Shown here: positions 17,732-26,722 of the stretch, in pieces
Layout of the letters: each line of letters begins with the position of its first letter
How positions within the stretch are numbered: position 1 is the stretch's first letter
Assembly: GCA_964392505.1 (NCBI GenBank)
Contig: CAYMQP010000003.1
Span: forward strand, 1-49,171
DNA length: 49,171 nucleotides
Direction of reading: 5' to 3'
Source of the DNA: an uncultured Bacteroidales bacterium
Lineage (GTDB): Bacteria > Bacteroidota > Bacteroidia > Bacteroidales > UBA10428
Notes under the pieces: generated by a model
Databases searched by the model: none
What the model was told of the DNA's origin: nothing
Seen by the model: the letters and a program-made list of their open reading frames with translations, nothing else
Program-made: the position numbers and the translations under genes

Positions 17732-18243
17732 GTGAATCAAAAAATTTTTACGGAAAATACAGAGGAACCGTAGTAAATAACATTGATCCCTTACAAAGAG
17801 GCCGAATACAGGTAATGGTTCCTGACATATCAAATATTGCTTTGTCAAGCTGGGCTATACCATGTTTGCCTTTAGCAGGAAAGCAGATGGGTACATATGC
17901 TGTCCCGCAGATAGGATCAGGAGTATGGATAGAATTTGAACAGGGCAATCCTGACTATCCTGTTTGGGTCGGCGGCTATTGGGGTTCACCAGCAGAAGTT
18001 CCGGCACTGGCCCTGGCAGGTAATCCGGCTAATCCAAGCATTGTTTTTCAGTCAACTTTACAAAATGCCCTAGTAATTAGCGATCTTCCGGGTCCCACTG
18101 GTGGAGTAATGTTAAAAAGTACAACCGGAGCTTCAATAATAGTGAATGATACAGGAATTTATATTCAGAACGGCAAAGGAGCAAGCATTGTAATGGCAGG
18201 GCCTACTGTAACAATCAACAATGGGGCACTGGTGATAACATAA
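17728..18243 (+). CDS. gp5/VgrG-like spike (Phage_base_V OB-fold; Afp8-like)
   Basis: FYGKYRGTVVNNIDPLQRGRIQVMVPDI...WAIPCLPLAG...GTYAVPQIGSGVWIEFEQGNPDYPVWVGGYW is the classical baseplate V / gp5 N-terminal motif. Confidence 0.85.
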   Translation: MSESKNFYGKYRGTVVNNIDPLQRGRIQVMVPDISNIALSSWAIPCLPLAGKQMGTYAVPQIGSGVWIEFEQGNPDYPVWVGGYWGSPAEVPALALAGNPANPSIVFQSTLQNALVISDLPGPTGGVMLKSTTGASIIVNDTGIYIQNGKGASIVMAGPTVTINNGALVIT

Positions 18244-18253
18244 TTTTAAAAAT

Positions 18254-18577
18254 ATGCCAGGATTTTTATTACATGTAGGAGCCACGGTTATGTGTGCTCA
18301 CTCAGGTCAGGCTCAGCCAACTTCGCCAAATCCACGAGTAATGGTCAGTGGTCAGCCAATAGTTACTCAGCCCGCTCCATATGCTATTGCAGGATGTCCT
18401 TTCACCACTCCTGCAGGTGTTCCACTTCCTTGTGTAACAGCCCAGTGGGTAAGTGGAGCCACACGTATTACCTCTAACGGAATGCCAGTCTTGTTAATAG
18501 ATAGTCAGGCTATTTGTGTGCCAAATGGAACTCCTTTAATAATTTCTGTTACACAAACCCGGGTAACCGGAATGTAA
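18254..18577 (+). CDS. PAAR-like spike-tip protein (Afp10-like)
   Basis: ~107 aa, with GATVMCAHSGQ..., AGCPF...PLPCVTAQW and a QAICVP cysteine pattern typical of PAAR-like tips. Lies directly after the spike gene. Confidence 0.7.
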   Translation: MPGFLLHVGATVMCAHSGQAQPTSPNPRVMVSGQPIVTQPAPYAIAGCPFTTPAGVPLPCVTAQWVSGATRITSNGMPVLLIDSQAICVPNGTPLIISVTQTRVTGM

Positions 18578-18618
18578 ATAAAAATATCCACAGTAGTTTA
18601 TACCCAAAAACACCACAA

Positions 18619-18972
18619 TTGAACATCCGATTTCCATACCAGTATAACAACCAGGGAAAAACTACCTCATCAGCATCTGAGGCTCATATAAAGGATATGA
18701 TAGAAATGGTTCTCTTTACTATTCCCGGAGAACGTCCGAACCGACCAACTTTTGGGTGTGGATTAAGACAACTGCTCTTTCAACCAAACAGTGATGAATT
18801 GGCCACAACAGCCCAATTTTTGATACAGGGTGAACTTCAACAATGGTTGGGTGATCTTATAGAAGTAGAGGAAGTAGTAGTTGAAAACCAGGATACCATA
18901 TTACAGGTTACAATACGATATATTATTCGGACAACACAAAAAGAAACGACTTACACTTTTGTAAAACAATAA
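18619..18972 (+). CDS. GPW/gp25-like baseplate wedge protein (Afp9-like)
   Basis: HIKDMIEMVLFTIPGERPNRPTFGCGLRQLLFQPNS is the gp25 signature. The start is uncertain. The ATG at 18514 overlaps the PAAR gene by 64 nt and adds a non-conserved-looking leader. The in-frame TTG at 18619 gives LNIRFPYQYNNQGKT, a typical gp25 N-terminus. Confidence 0.75.
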   Translation: MNIRFPYQYNNQGKTTSSASEAHIKDMIEMVLFTIPGERPNRPTFGCGLRQLLFQPNSDELATTAQFLIQGELQQWLGDLIEVEEVVVENQDTILQVTIRYIIRTTQKETTYTFVKQ

Positions 18973-18978
18973 ATATTT

Positions 18979-21576
18979 ATGATTTATAAGTGCTGTAGTG
19001 AAGAACGACGAAAACTGGTAAAAGAGCATCCGTGGCTTAACGGAATTGATTTTATAGAGGTTTTGGATAATCCGTCAGACCCACCTGAGGTTCGCCAGAC
19101 AAATCTGCTGGTTCATTTTATAAAAGATATTTCATCTTTAGCGCTTACAAAAGAGAATATTATTATTGAAGGTGGTGAACGAATTACTAATATTAAAGTG
19201 TTAGAAGTAAACACTTATTTGACAGAGTCTCCTCCAACATCACCTCCATTGTCATCACCAATAGGAGATTTGACAAAAATCCTGAAAGTAAAAGTTCATT
19301 CAACAGGCGATTTTTCAATTTATAAACTTCAACTTGTAAAAAATTTACAGCATAAAACACCACCGGACGGCTTCGATCCAGTGCTTTCATCAGTAGAATT
19401 TTCTTTTAAAGTATCTTGTCCAAACAATTTTGATTGTAAAACAACGAACGAGTGTACCACATTACCAGATGAAATTCCAGATATCAATTATCTGGCAAAA
19501 GATTATAATAGTTTTCGTCAGATAATGCTTGACAGGCTGTCGCTGTTGTTACCAGACTGGCAGGAAAGCAGTCCGGCAAATTTGGGCATAACCATTGTGG
19601 AATTACTTGCCTATGTTGGGGATCATCTGAGTTATCAACAGGATGCTATCGCGACAGAAGCTTATATCGGAACTGCAAGAAAAAGAATATCTGTAAAACG
19701 CCATGCAAGACTGGTTGATTATTACATGCATGACGGTTGTAATGCCAGGGCCTGGGTACAAATAGTTATTAATCCTGCAATAGACAACATCAACTTGCAA
19801 AGTGGGCAAGGTATGTCAAAAACGAAATTTGTTACTTACATTCCGGAAAAATCAACTGTTATCAATTATAATTCAGAAGATTATGAAGATATTCTGCATG
19901 AGGATGTTCAGTTTTTTGAACTTATGCATAACAGCAAACTTTATAGTGAACATAACACTATAAAATTTTATACCTGGGGTGAAAAAGAGTGTTGCCTGCC
20001 TAAAGGAGCCACTGCTGCAACACTTTTGGGAAATCTTAGTAATCTGAAAGTTGGAGATGTTCTGATATTTACTGAGGTGAAAGGATCTGAAACAGGAGCA
20101 ACCGAAGACGCTGACCCTTCACACAGACATGCTGTACGTCTGACAGAAATTAATTTATCCTTCGATCCTATCGGATCAACAGTCCTACCTTCTCCGCTTA
20201 GTTCACCACCGGGCGATGGTTCCATTCCGGTAACAGAAATAAAATGGCACATTGATGATGCTTTACCTTTCCCGCTATGCATATCTTCATGCAATGGAAA
20301 TGTTCATTACAATGATGTGAGTATTGCCCTCGGCAACATCGTTCTGGTTGATCATGGGCTAACCTGGGTGGATAGTAATAGAGCATACTCTTTAAAACCT
20401 TATGTTGTGCCCGCTGCTAATCCAATCCTTTCTCAAAAATCATTAACTGATTCAGAACCTTGTGAAACTCCTGAAAATAAGGTCTCATTACCTCGTTATC
20501 GTCCTGTTTTAACAGTTAGTCCTCTTACTCATACTGCTATTTACAAACATCAACAACCCTTCCCATCTGCAAAATCAGTTATGAAATGGCCTTTAACAGA
20601 GGTACGACCTGAAATAATTCTTATTCAGGAAAATGATAATTCCATATGGGAAGCTAAACGCGATTTATTGAATAGTAACCACGATTCCAAACATTTTGTG
20701 GTTGAAATAGAATCGGATGGAGTAGCACATTTACGATTCGGTAATAATTTTCATGGAGCCATGCCGATATCCGGTAAACGGTTTAAAGCGATATATCGAT
20801 TGGGAAATGGAACTATTGGAAACATTGGTGCAGAAAAACTGGCTCATATTGTAAGCAACGATTCTAATATTTACTCAAATTCTTCATATATAACTAAAAT
20901 CTGGAATCCGTTACCTGCAAAAGGTGGGCAGGAACCTGAAAATATTGAAGAAGTACGTCAAAAAGCAGGATATGCTTTTCAGCAACAGGAAAGAGCTGTT
21001 ACTCCTGAAGATTATGCCTATCTGGCAAAAAAATCGGATAGCAGTGTGCAACGGGCAACGGCGAATTATCGATGGACGGGAAGTTGGTATACATCTTTTG
21101 TAACCTTTGATCGCTTTGGAGGAAAAAAAGTAAATAAGACCTTTGAAGATAAAATGATAAAAAAACTGAATTTATATAGAATGGCCGGACAGGACCTTAA
21201 AATAGATAATCCTTTGTTTGTGCCACTTAAGATAGAAATGGAAGTATGCCTGGAAAAAAATTATTTCGCAAGCGATGTAAAAAAAGCAATTTTGTCTGTA
21301 TTCACTAATAGTATTATGAAAAATGGAAAGCCAGGATTATTTCATCCCGACAATTTTACTTTTGGACAAACTTTATATTTAAGTACTTACTATGCTGTTG
21401 CCCAGGCAATACCAGGAGTAAAATCTGTTAATATCACCAAATTTCAGCGCCAGGGTATAACAAATGATGAAGCCCTTGAAACTGGTAAACTTTCCTTAGG
21501 CCTCCTTGAAATTGCCCGTTTGGATAACGATCCGAATTTTAAGGAAAATGGTATTCTCAATATAATTATCAGATGA
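18979..21576 (+). CDS. Baseplate J-like wedge protein (Afp11-like)
   Basis: CCSEERRKLVKEHPWLNGIDFIEV at the N-terminus. The central DYNSFRQIMLDRLSLLLPDWQESSPANLGITIVELLAYVGDHLSYQQDAIATEAY is gpJ-like. Size and position also fit. Confidence 0.8.
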   Translation: MIYKCCSEERRKLVKEHPWLNGIDFIEVLDNPSDPPEVRQTNLLVHFIKDISSLALTKENIIIEGGERITNIKVLEVNTYLTESPPTSPPLSSPIGDLTKILKVKVHSTGDFSIYKLQLVKNLQHKTPPDGFDPVLSSVEFSFKVSCPNNFDCKTTNECTTLPDEIPDINYLAKDYNSFRQIMLDRLSLLLPDWQESSPANLGITIVELLAYVGDHLSYQQDAIATEAYIGTARKRISVKRHARLVDYYMHDGCNARAWVQIVINPAIDNINLQSGQGMSKTKFVTYIPEKSTVINYNSEDYEDILHEDVQFFELMHNSKLYSEHNTIKFYTWGEKECCLPKGATAATLLGNLSNLKVGDVLIFTEVKGSETGATEDADPSHRHAVRLTEINLSFDPIGSTVLPSPLSSPPGDGSIPVTEIKWHIDDALPFPLCISSCNGNVHYNDVSIALGNIVLVDHGLTWVDSNRAYSLKPYVVPAANPILSQKSLTDSEPCETPENKVSLPRYRPVLTVSPLTHTAIYKHQQPFPSAKSVMKWPLTEVRPEIILIQENDNSIWEAKRDLLNSNHDSKHFVVEIESDGVAHLRFGNNFHGAMPISGKRFKAIYRLGNGTIGNIGAEKLAHIVSNDSNIYSNSSYITKIWNPLPAKGGQEPENIEEVRQKAGYAFQQQERAVTPEDYAYLAKKSDSSVQRATANYRWTGSWYTSFVTFDRFGGKKVNKTFEDKMIKKLNLYRMAGQDLKIDNPLFVPLKIEMEVCLEKNYFASDVKKAILSVFTNSIMKNGKPGLFHPDNFTFGQTLYLSTYYAVAQAIPGVKSVNITKFQRQGITNDEALETGKLSLGLLEIARLDNDPNFKENGILNIIIR

Positions 21577-21590
21577 TATAAAAATAAAAA

Positions 21591-24287
21591 GTGACTGAAG
21601 AAAAAATAAACAATAATATGGATAATTGTGCCTGTTGTAAGGGCATATCTGTGAAAGTTCCCACAGAAATTTACAACCGGCCGGGACTTGAGAGCATTTC
21701 ATACCGTATCGGGAATCATGAATTATTTAAAAAAGCATTAATATCCCGGTTAACCGGATCAAGACAACATGTATTGAGAAAATTGACATCCAGGGATAGT
21801 AATGATTTTACAATAGCTTTATTTGATGCCTGGTCAGTAATGGTAGATGTTTTAACCTTTTACCAGGAGCGTATAGCTAATGAATCGTATTTAAGAACGT
21901 CTACCGAAAGATTGTCCATGCTTGAACTTGCTCGTTTATTAGGTTATGAATTAAATCCGGGAGTGGCAGCAAGCGTATACATCGCTTTCACCCTGGAAGA
22001 TACGCCTGGCGCACTTTCTTTTAACCAAAACATTACATCTGCCGAAATAATTCCCCCGATAACCCTGGAAGAAGGAATAAAACTGCAAAGTATTCCGGGA
22101 CCGGGAGAAAAAGCACAAACTTTTGAAACAATAGAAGAAATTGAAGCCCGGCCACAATGGAATGAGATTCAGCCCAGGTTATATCAGCCCCAATTGATTT
22201 CTTCAGGGAGTGATCTTATATACATTCGGGGAATTACCAGCGGGTGCAGCAAAGGCGATATTATTCTTCTTTATGAGAATAATACATACACACTTAAAAA
22301 AATCGTTGATATAGAAAAAAATACTGATGACGATACTACTTGTTTACTTTTTGATGAGGATGCTTCGGTACCGGCATATCATAGTCCAACCTCTTTAACC
22401 CAAGGAAAAATATCAGATTACGAAAATAATACAATATTAGACACAACTGTAGTTACAGATATCCTGTCGAAAGAATGGTATAATGATGACTTATCAGTTT
22501 TATTGAAAATTAAAAACTGGTCGGAAGATGATTTAGTTAAAAGTGTCGAAAACCTTTTATCAGATGATGACAATAATGAATCCGGTGCATATGTATATCG
22601 AAGGCAGGCGTTTGTTTTCGGACATAATGCCATGAAAATTACTTTTGATACTACAAATAATACACCATTAGCACAATCTCAATGGACCGAATGGGATTTA
22701 GATGAATCAGCAGGAAATATATACCTTGATGATTCTTACAAAGAAATATTACCGGATGGTTTTATATCTATTCAATCAGGAAATACTGATCTATCGAGTG
22801 TTAAAACATACTCCGTTCAGGATGTAATATTGCAGTCGAGAACGGAATATGGAATAAGTGCGAAAACAACATGGGTTGTTTTCGAACCATCCGAACAATG
22901 GTGGATATCAAATGAAAGCGGAACAGATAAATTATCTGATATTAGAAATACCGTTGTATTTGCACAAAGTGAAAAAATTGAACTGGCTGAAATTCCAATT
23001 ATCGATACTGTTGCTGGTGATACCATAACTTTAAACGGATTGTACCTGGGCATAAAAAAAGGGCAAAAAGTTATTGTTCATGGAGAAATTATTGATCCGG
23101 CAGGAGTAATATCCAGCGAACTGAAAACTATAAAGCAGGTGGTTATTAAAAAAGGATATACAGAGATTCAGTTCAGCAAATCACTGTACTATGAATATAT
23201 CAGGGAAGAACTTGTTATTTACGCAAATGTTGCGTTAGCTACCCATGGAGAAACTGTTGAAGAAATTCTTGGTAGTGGTAATGCAGCAAAAACATTTCAA
23301 AAATTCACTTTAAAAAATACACTGCTCACTTTTGTTAGCGCTTCCACACCAAGTGGCACCAAATCAACTTTAGAAATCCGGGTTAATGATATTTTATGGA
23401 AAAATGTTAATACATTTTACGGATATGGGCCTGATGATCGCATTTATGTTACCCGCATTGATAATGAGGGATATACCACAGTTATTTTTGGTGATGGAGT
23501 TACAGGGGCACGATTGCCCGGAGGTCAGAATAATATTAAAGCAAAATACAGAAAGGGATTGGGATTAGACGGAATATTGAAGAAAGATCAACTGTCACAA
23601 CTTATGACCAAACCATTGGGCGTTAAAAGTGCAACAAATCCCATTGAATCTTCAGGCGGTGCTGATCAGGAAAACCTGGTCAATGCTAAAAAAAATGCTG
23701 CCTTAAGTGTACTGACACTCGATCGTATAGTTTCTTTACAGGATTTTGAGGATTTTGCCCGTGCTTTTGCTGGTATTGAAAAATCCCTTGCCGTTTGGAG
23801 CTGGAGACATGGAAGAAGATGTATTTTCATTACGGTTGCAGGACCAAAAGGAGTCTTAATTAAAAAGGACAGCACAGTTTATGGCAATCTAATAAAAGCT
23901 CTAATGAATTCAAGTAATCCTAATACCCATGTTATTGTTGAATCATATCGGCCAAGATATTTTACATTATCTGCAAAAATCAAAATAGATCCGGAATATG
24001 AAGCAAATTTGGTAATTACTGAAATAGAATCAGAATTGCGTTCAGAGTTTGCATTTGATAAACGTGAATTTGGACAACCAGTGATATTAAGCGAAATTGT
24101 ATCGGTAATCCATAATATATCCGGTGTTACAGCCATCGATATGGATGAATTATATTATTCAGATGAAACGGCTTCACTTAACCAGGAACTAAAGGCCTCA
24201 ATGCCCCTTCCGGGGGATGAAACCACCCTTTCGGCAGAATTACTGACCCTTGATTCACGACCTGTTAACCTGAGTCAGATGTTATGA
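21591..24287 (+). CDS. P2 gpI-like baseplate/tail protein (Afp12-like)
   Basis: NCACCKG...IYNRPGLESISYRIGNHELFKKALISRL...FDAWSVMVDVLTFYQERIANESYLRTSTE matches the conserved N-terminus of eCIS Afp12-type proteins as I recall it. GTG start at 21591, with an alternative ATG at 21618. Confidence 0.7.
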   Translation: MTEEKINNNMDNCACCKGISVKVPTEIYNRPGLESISYRIGNHELFKKALISRLTGSRQHVLRKLTSRDSNDFTIALFDAWSVMVDVLTFYQERIANESYLRTSTERLSMLELARLLGYELNPGVAASVYIAFTLEDTPGALSFNQNITSAEIIPPITLEEGIKLQSIPGPGEKAQTFETIEEIEARPQWNEIQPRLYQPQLISSGSDLIYIRGITSGCSKGDIILLYENNTYTLKKIVDIEKNTDDDTTCLLFDEDASVPAYHSPTSLTQGKISDYENNTILDTTVVTDILSKEWYNDDLSVLLKIKNWSEDDLVKSVENLLSDDDNNESGAYVYRRQAFVFGHNAMKITFDTTNNTPLAQSQWTEWDLDESAGNIYLDDSYKEILPDGFISIQSGNTDLSSVKTYSVQDVILQSRTEYGISAKTTWVVFEPSEQWWISNESGTDKLSDIRNTVVFAQSEKIELAEIPIIDTVAGDTITLNGLYLGIKKGQKVIVHGEIIDPAGVISSELKTIKQVVIKKGYTEIQFSKSLYYEYIREELVIYANVALATHGETVEEILGSGNAAKTFQKFTLKNTLLTFVSASTPSGTKSTLEIRVNDILWKNVNTFYGYGPDDRIYVTRIDNEGYTTVIFGDGVTGARLPGGQNNIKAKYRKGLGLDGILKKDQLSQLMTKPLGVKSATNPIESSGGADQENLVNAKKNAALSVLTLDRIVSLQDFEDFARAFAGIEKSLAVWSWRHGRRCIFITVAGPKGVLIKKDSTVYGNLIKALMNSSNPNTHVIVESYRPRYFTLSAKIKIDPEYEANLVITEIESELRSEFAFDKREFGQPVILSEIVSVIHNISGVTAIDMDELYYSDETASLNQELKASMPLPGDETTLSAELLTLDSRPVNLSQML

Positions 24288-26476
24288 GTTTCGATATAGA
24301 ACAATTATACAAACTTTTACCGGCCTATCATAGGGAACGTGATACCAAGCTTGGTAACGAACTGCTAACTTATTATCAGAAATCGGTTTTACAGCAATTA
24401 ACTGAAAATTACAATAATCTTTCAGATAAAGAAAGTGCCGAAGCATTGCGTTTAAAAAAACTTATTGATGAAACTGAAAGAGGTCCCCTTAAAGCAATTC
24501 TTTCATTATTTGCTGAACAAATTGCCATGCTTGAAGACAATTTGGAGCAACTATATGATGATCAGTTTATAGAAACCTGTGCAGAGTGGATTGTTCCATA
24601 CATAGGTGACTTAACCGGAACACGAGGACTACTCGATTTTCCGAATATGACGTTCAGTCAGAGAGCCCAGGTTGCCAATACTATTGCATATCGAAGAAGA
24701 AAAGGAACAGCAGCAGTAATTGAACAATTGGCTTGCGATGTAACCGGATGGGTTGCGAACGTTGTTGAGTATTTTCAGTTAATAGCTACAACCCAATATT
24801 TGAATCATCTTCGCTTAAACAATCTGGTTACATTAAATCTAAGAGACAATGATAGCCTGGAAAAACTACATTCACCATTCGATAATGTAAGCAGAAATGT
24901 TGATGTGAGAAATATTCAAAATAAACGGGGAAAATATAACATACCTAATTTAGGAATTTTTTTATGGCGGAATACAAGTTTTTCATATACTCAATCACCG
25001 GCCTGTAAAATGGATGACCGAAGGTACATGTTTGATATAATAGGTTATGAAGTCCCTTTATATAATAACCCTGTTACAGAAGAAAAAATAACCGACCTGG
25101 CCAAACCTGAAAATGTTCCTCACCGGATTAGTCGATATTTATTGTATAAATATTTCGATAAATATTATGGTAAAGGAAAAAGCATATTACTATACAAAGA
25201 TGGTAATGAAATTATCCCGGATTCAAACACAACCTTGTCTGACTTATTTACTGTATGTGATTTAAGTGATAAAAAAGATATAAATGACGTTATTATCGGC
25301 TGGAATAATATGCCACAGCACAAGATTGCAATTGATCCTGAATTAGGCAGAATAGCCTTTCCTGCTTCTGCGACACCTCCCACAGAGGTTAAAACAACAT
25401 ACTATCGCGGTGCATTGGCAGAAATCGGTGGAGGCGAATATGGAAGATCAGATACATTTCAGGTTAATACTGGTAAAATTGTTAAAGTGCCTAATAATGA
25501 AATAACTGTACAGGCAGCGGTAAATGCGTTGGTTGCCGAGGGTGGAATAGTTGAGGTCCAAAATAATGAATGTTACAATGAAAATCTGGTAATTGATATC
25601 CCTGCAGGAAAAAAAATAGAATTAAGAGCAGCCGATAAAAAAAGACCCGTTCTGTTTTTAAACGGAAGTTCCATTGTGAGTGGAGGAGAAAATGCCGAAT
25701 TCAGTATAAATGGTTTTCTTGTTGCCGGAGGTAATTTCAGGGTACCTGAAAAAAACAACCTTAATATTGATAATAAACTTAATAAATTCACGATTCAGCA
25801 TGCAACAATCCGAAGCGAAAAGGAACACAATGTTTTATCACCGCCATTACAAAGCGGTCAACCTGTAATCATTGTCGAATGCTCGGATACATCTTTAGTA
25901 ATAAGTAACTCCGTTTTGTGCAGTATTCGTTGTATTGACACAGCTAATATTAAAATAAACGATAGTATTATTGATGCCGCTTCTTCAGTAAACGAGGCAA
26001 TCTCCGGTATTGAAAACCAGAAACCGTCTGCCATCCTTGAAATTAAAAATTCAACAATTATAGGAAAAGTCCATACCCTAATGATGAAAATGGTTTCAAA
26101 TACCATTATTATGGCGGATCTGACGAATTTCGATAGTTGGGAATATCCTGTTTGGACTGACAGAATACAAAAAGGCTGCATTAGGTTTTCATATGTTTCT
26201 ACCGGTTCTAAAATTCCAAAACCCTATCATTGTGTTCCTTCAGGTTCCGATGAAGACAGCAATATAAAACCAGTATTTAAATCATTACAATTTGGTAGTT
26301 CGGGATATTGTCAGCTCAGTTCCAAATGTTCATCGAAAATTATGGAAGGTGCAGATGATAGTTCCGAAATGGGTGTTTTTCACGATATATATCAATCCCA
26401 GCGTATTAAAAACCTAAATGCGCGATTAGAAGAATATCTTCGCTTTGGCCTTGAAGCGGGAATATTCCTGGTTTGA
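24284..26476 (+). CDS. eCIS distal baseplate-associated protein with a probable right-handed beta-helix region; function unknown
   Basis: ATGA coupling to the gpI-like gene. Repetitive short strands such as NSVLCSIRCIDTANIKINDSIIDAAS / IKNSTIIGKVHTLMMKMVSNTIIMAD suggest a beta-helix. Confidence 0.55.
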   Translation: MSFDIEQLYKLLPAYHRERDTKLGNELLTYYQKSVLQQLTENYNNLSDKESAEALRLKKLIDETERGPLKAILSLFAEQIAMLEDNLEQLYDDQFIETCAEWIVPYIGDLTGTRGLLDFPNMTFSQRAQVANTIAYRRRKGTAAVIEQLACDVTGWVANVVEYFQLIATTQYLNHLRLNNLVTLNLRDNDSLEKLHSPFDNVSRNVDVRNIQNKRGKYNIPNLGIFLWRNTSFSYTQSPACKMDDRRYMFDIIGYEVPLYNNPVTEEKITDLAKPENVPHRISRYLLYKYFDKYYGKGKSILLYKDGNEIIPDSNTTLSDLFTVCDLSDKKDINDVIIGWNNMPQHKIAIDPELGRIAFPASATPPTEVKTTYYRGALAEIGGGEYGRSDTFQVNTGKIVKVPNNEITVQAAVNALVAEGGIVEVQNNECYNENLVIDIPAGKKIELRAADKKRPVLFLNGSSIVSGGENAEFSINGFLVAGGNFRVPEKNNLNIDNKLNKFTIQHATIRSEKEHNVLSPPLQSGQPVIIVECSDTSLVISNSVLCSIRCIDTANIKINDSIIDAASSVNEAISGIENQKPSAILEIKNSTIIGKVHTLMMKMVSNTIIMADLTNFDSWEYPVWTDRIQKGCIRFSYVSTGSKIPKPYHCVPSGSDEDSNIKPVFKSLQFGSSGYCQLSSKCSSKIMEGADDSSEMGVFHDIYQSQRIKNLNARLEEYLRFGLEAGIFLV

Positions 26477-26722
26477 TAAAGTTAAGAAACTATTTACTGA
26501 GAAAGCGGTTATAATTTGAGCCTAATAGGTTCATTGAATCAGTAATTACAAAAAAATGGAATAATTGAATGTTGGGATCTTATATAAAAACTTCGTGGTT
26601 TACTACTTCCATTATTCCAACATTATTAAATTAAAGGCAAAGCTTACAGCAGATCACCACGGCTATAATGACGTGGAATTTCAAATATTATCAAAATTGT
26701 TAACCTTTTAAACCCAAAATAA

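Noticed and set aside
18292-18477. 61-aa alternative-frame ORF inside the PAAR-like gene
   Set aside because: It is a same-strand shadow frame of a CDS with a clear family pattern, and has no independent start context.
26558-26624. Complementary 8-mers GGAATAAT / AATGTTGG (26558-26575) and ATTATTCC / CCAACATT (26611-26624) in the gap before the 1154-aa gene, initially read as a hairpin or pseudoknot
   Set aside because: The order of the arms is not that of a simple hairpin. The two partner sites overlap by 2 nt, so they cannot both pair. 8-nt AT-rich matches are expected by chance in this composition.
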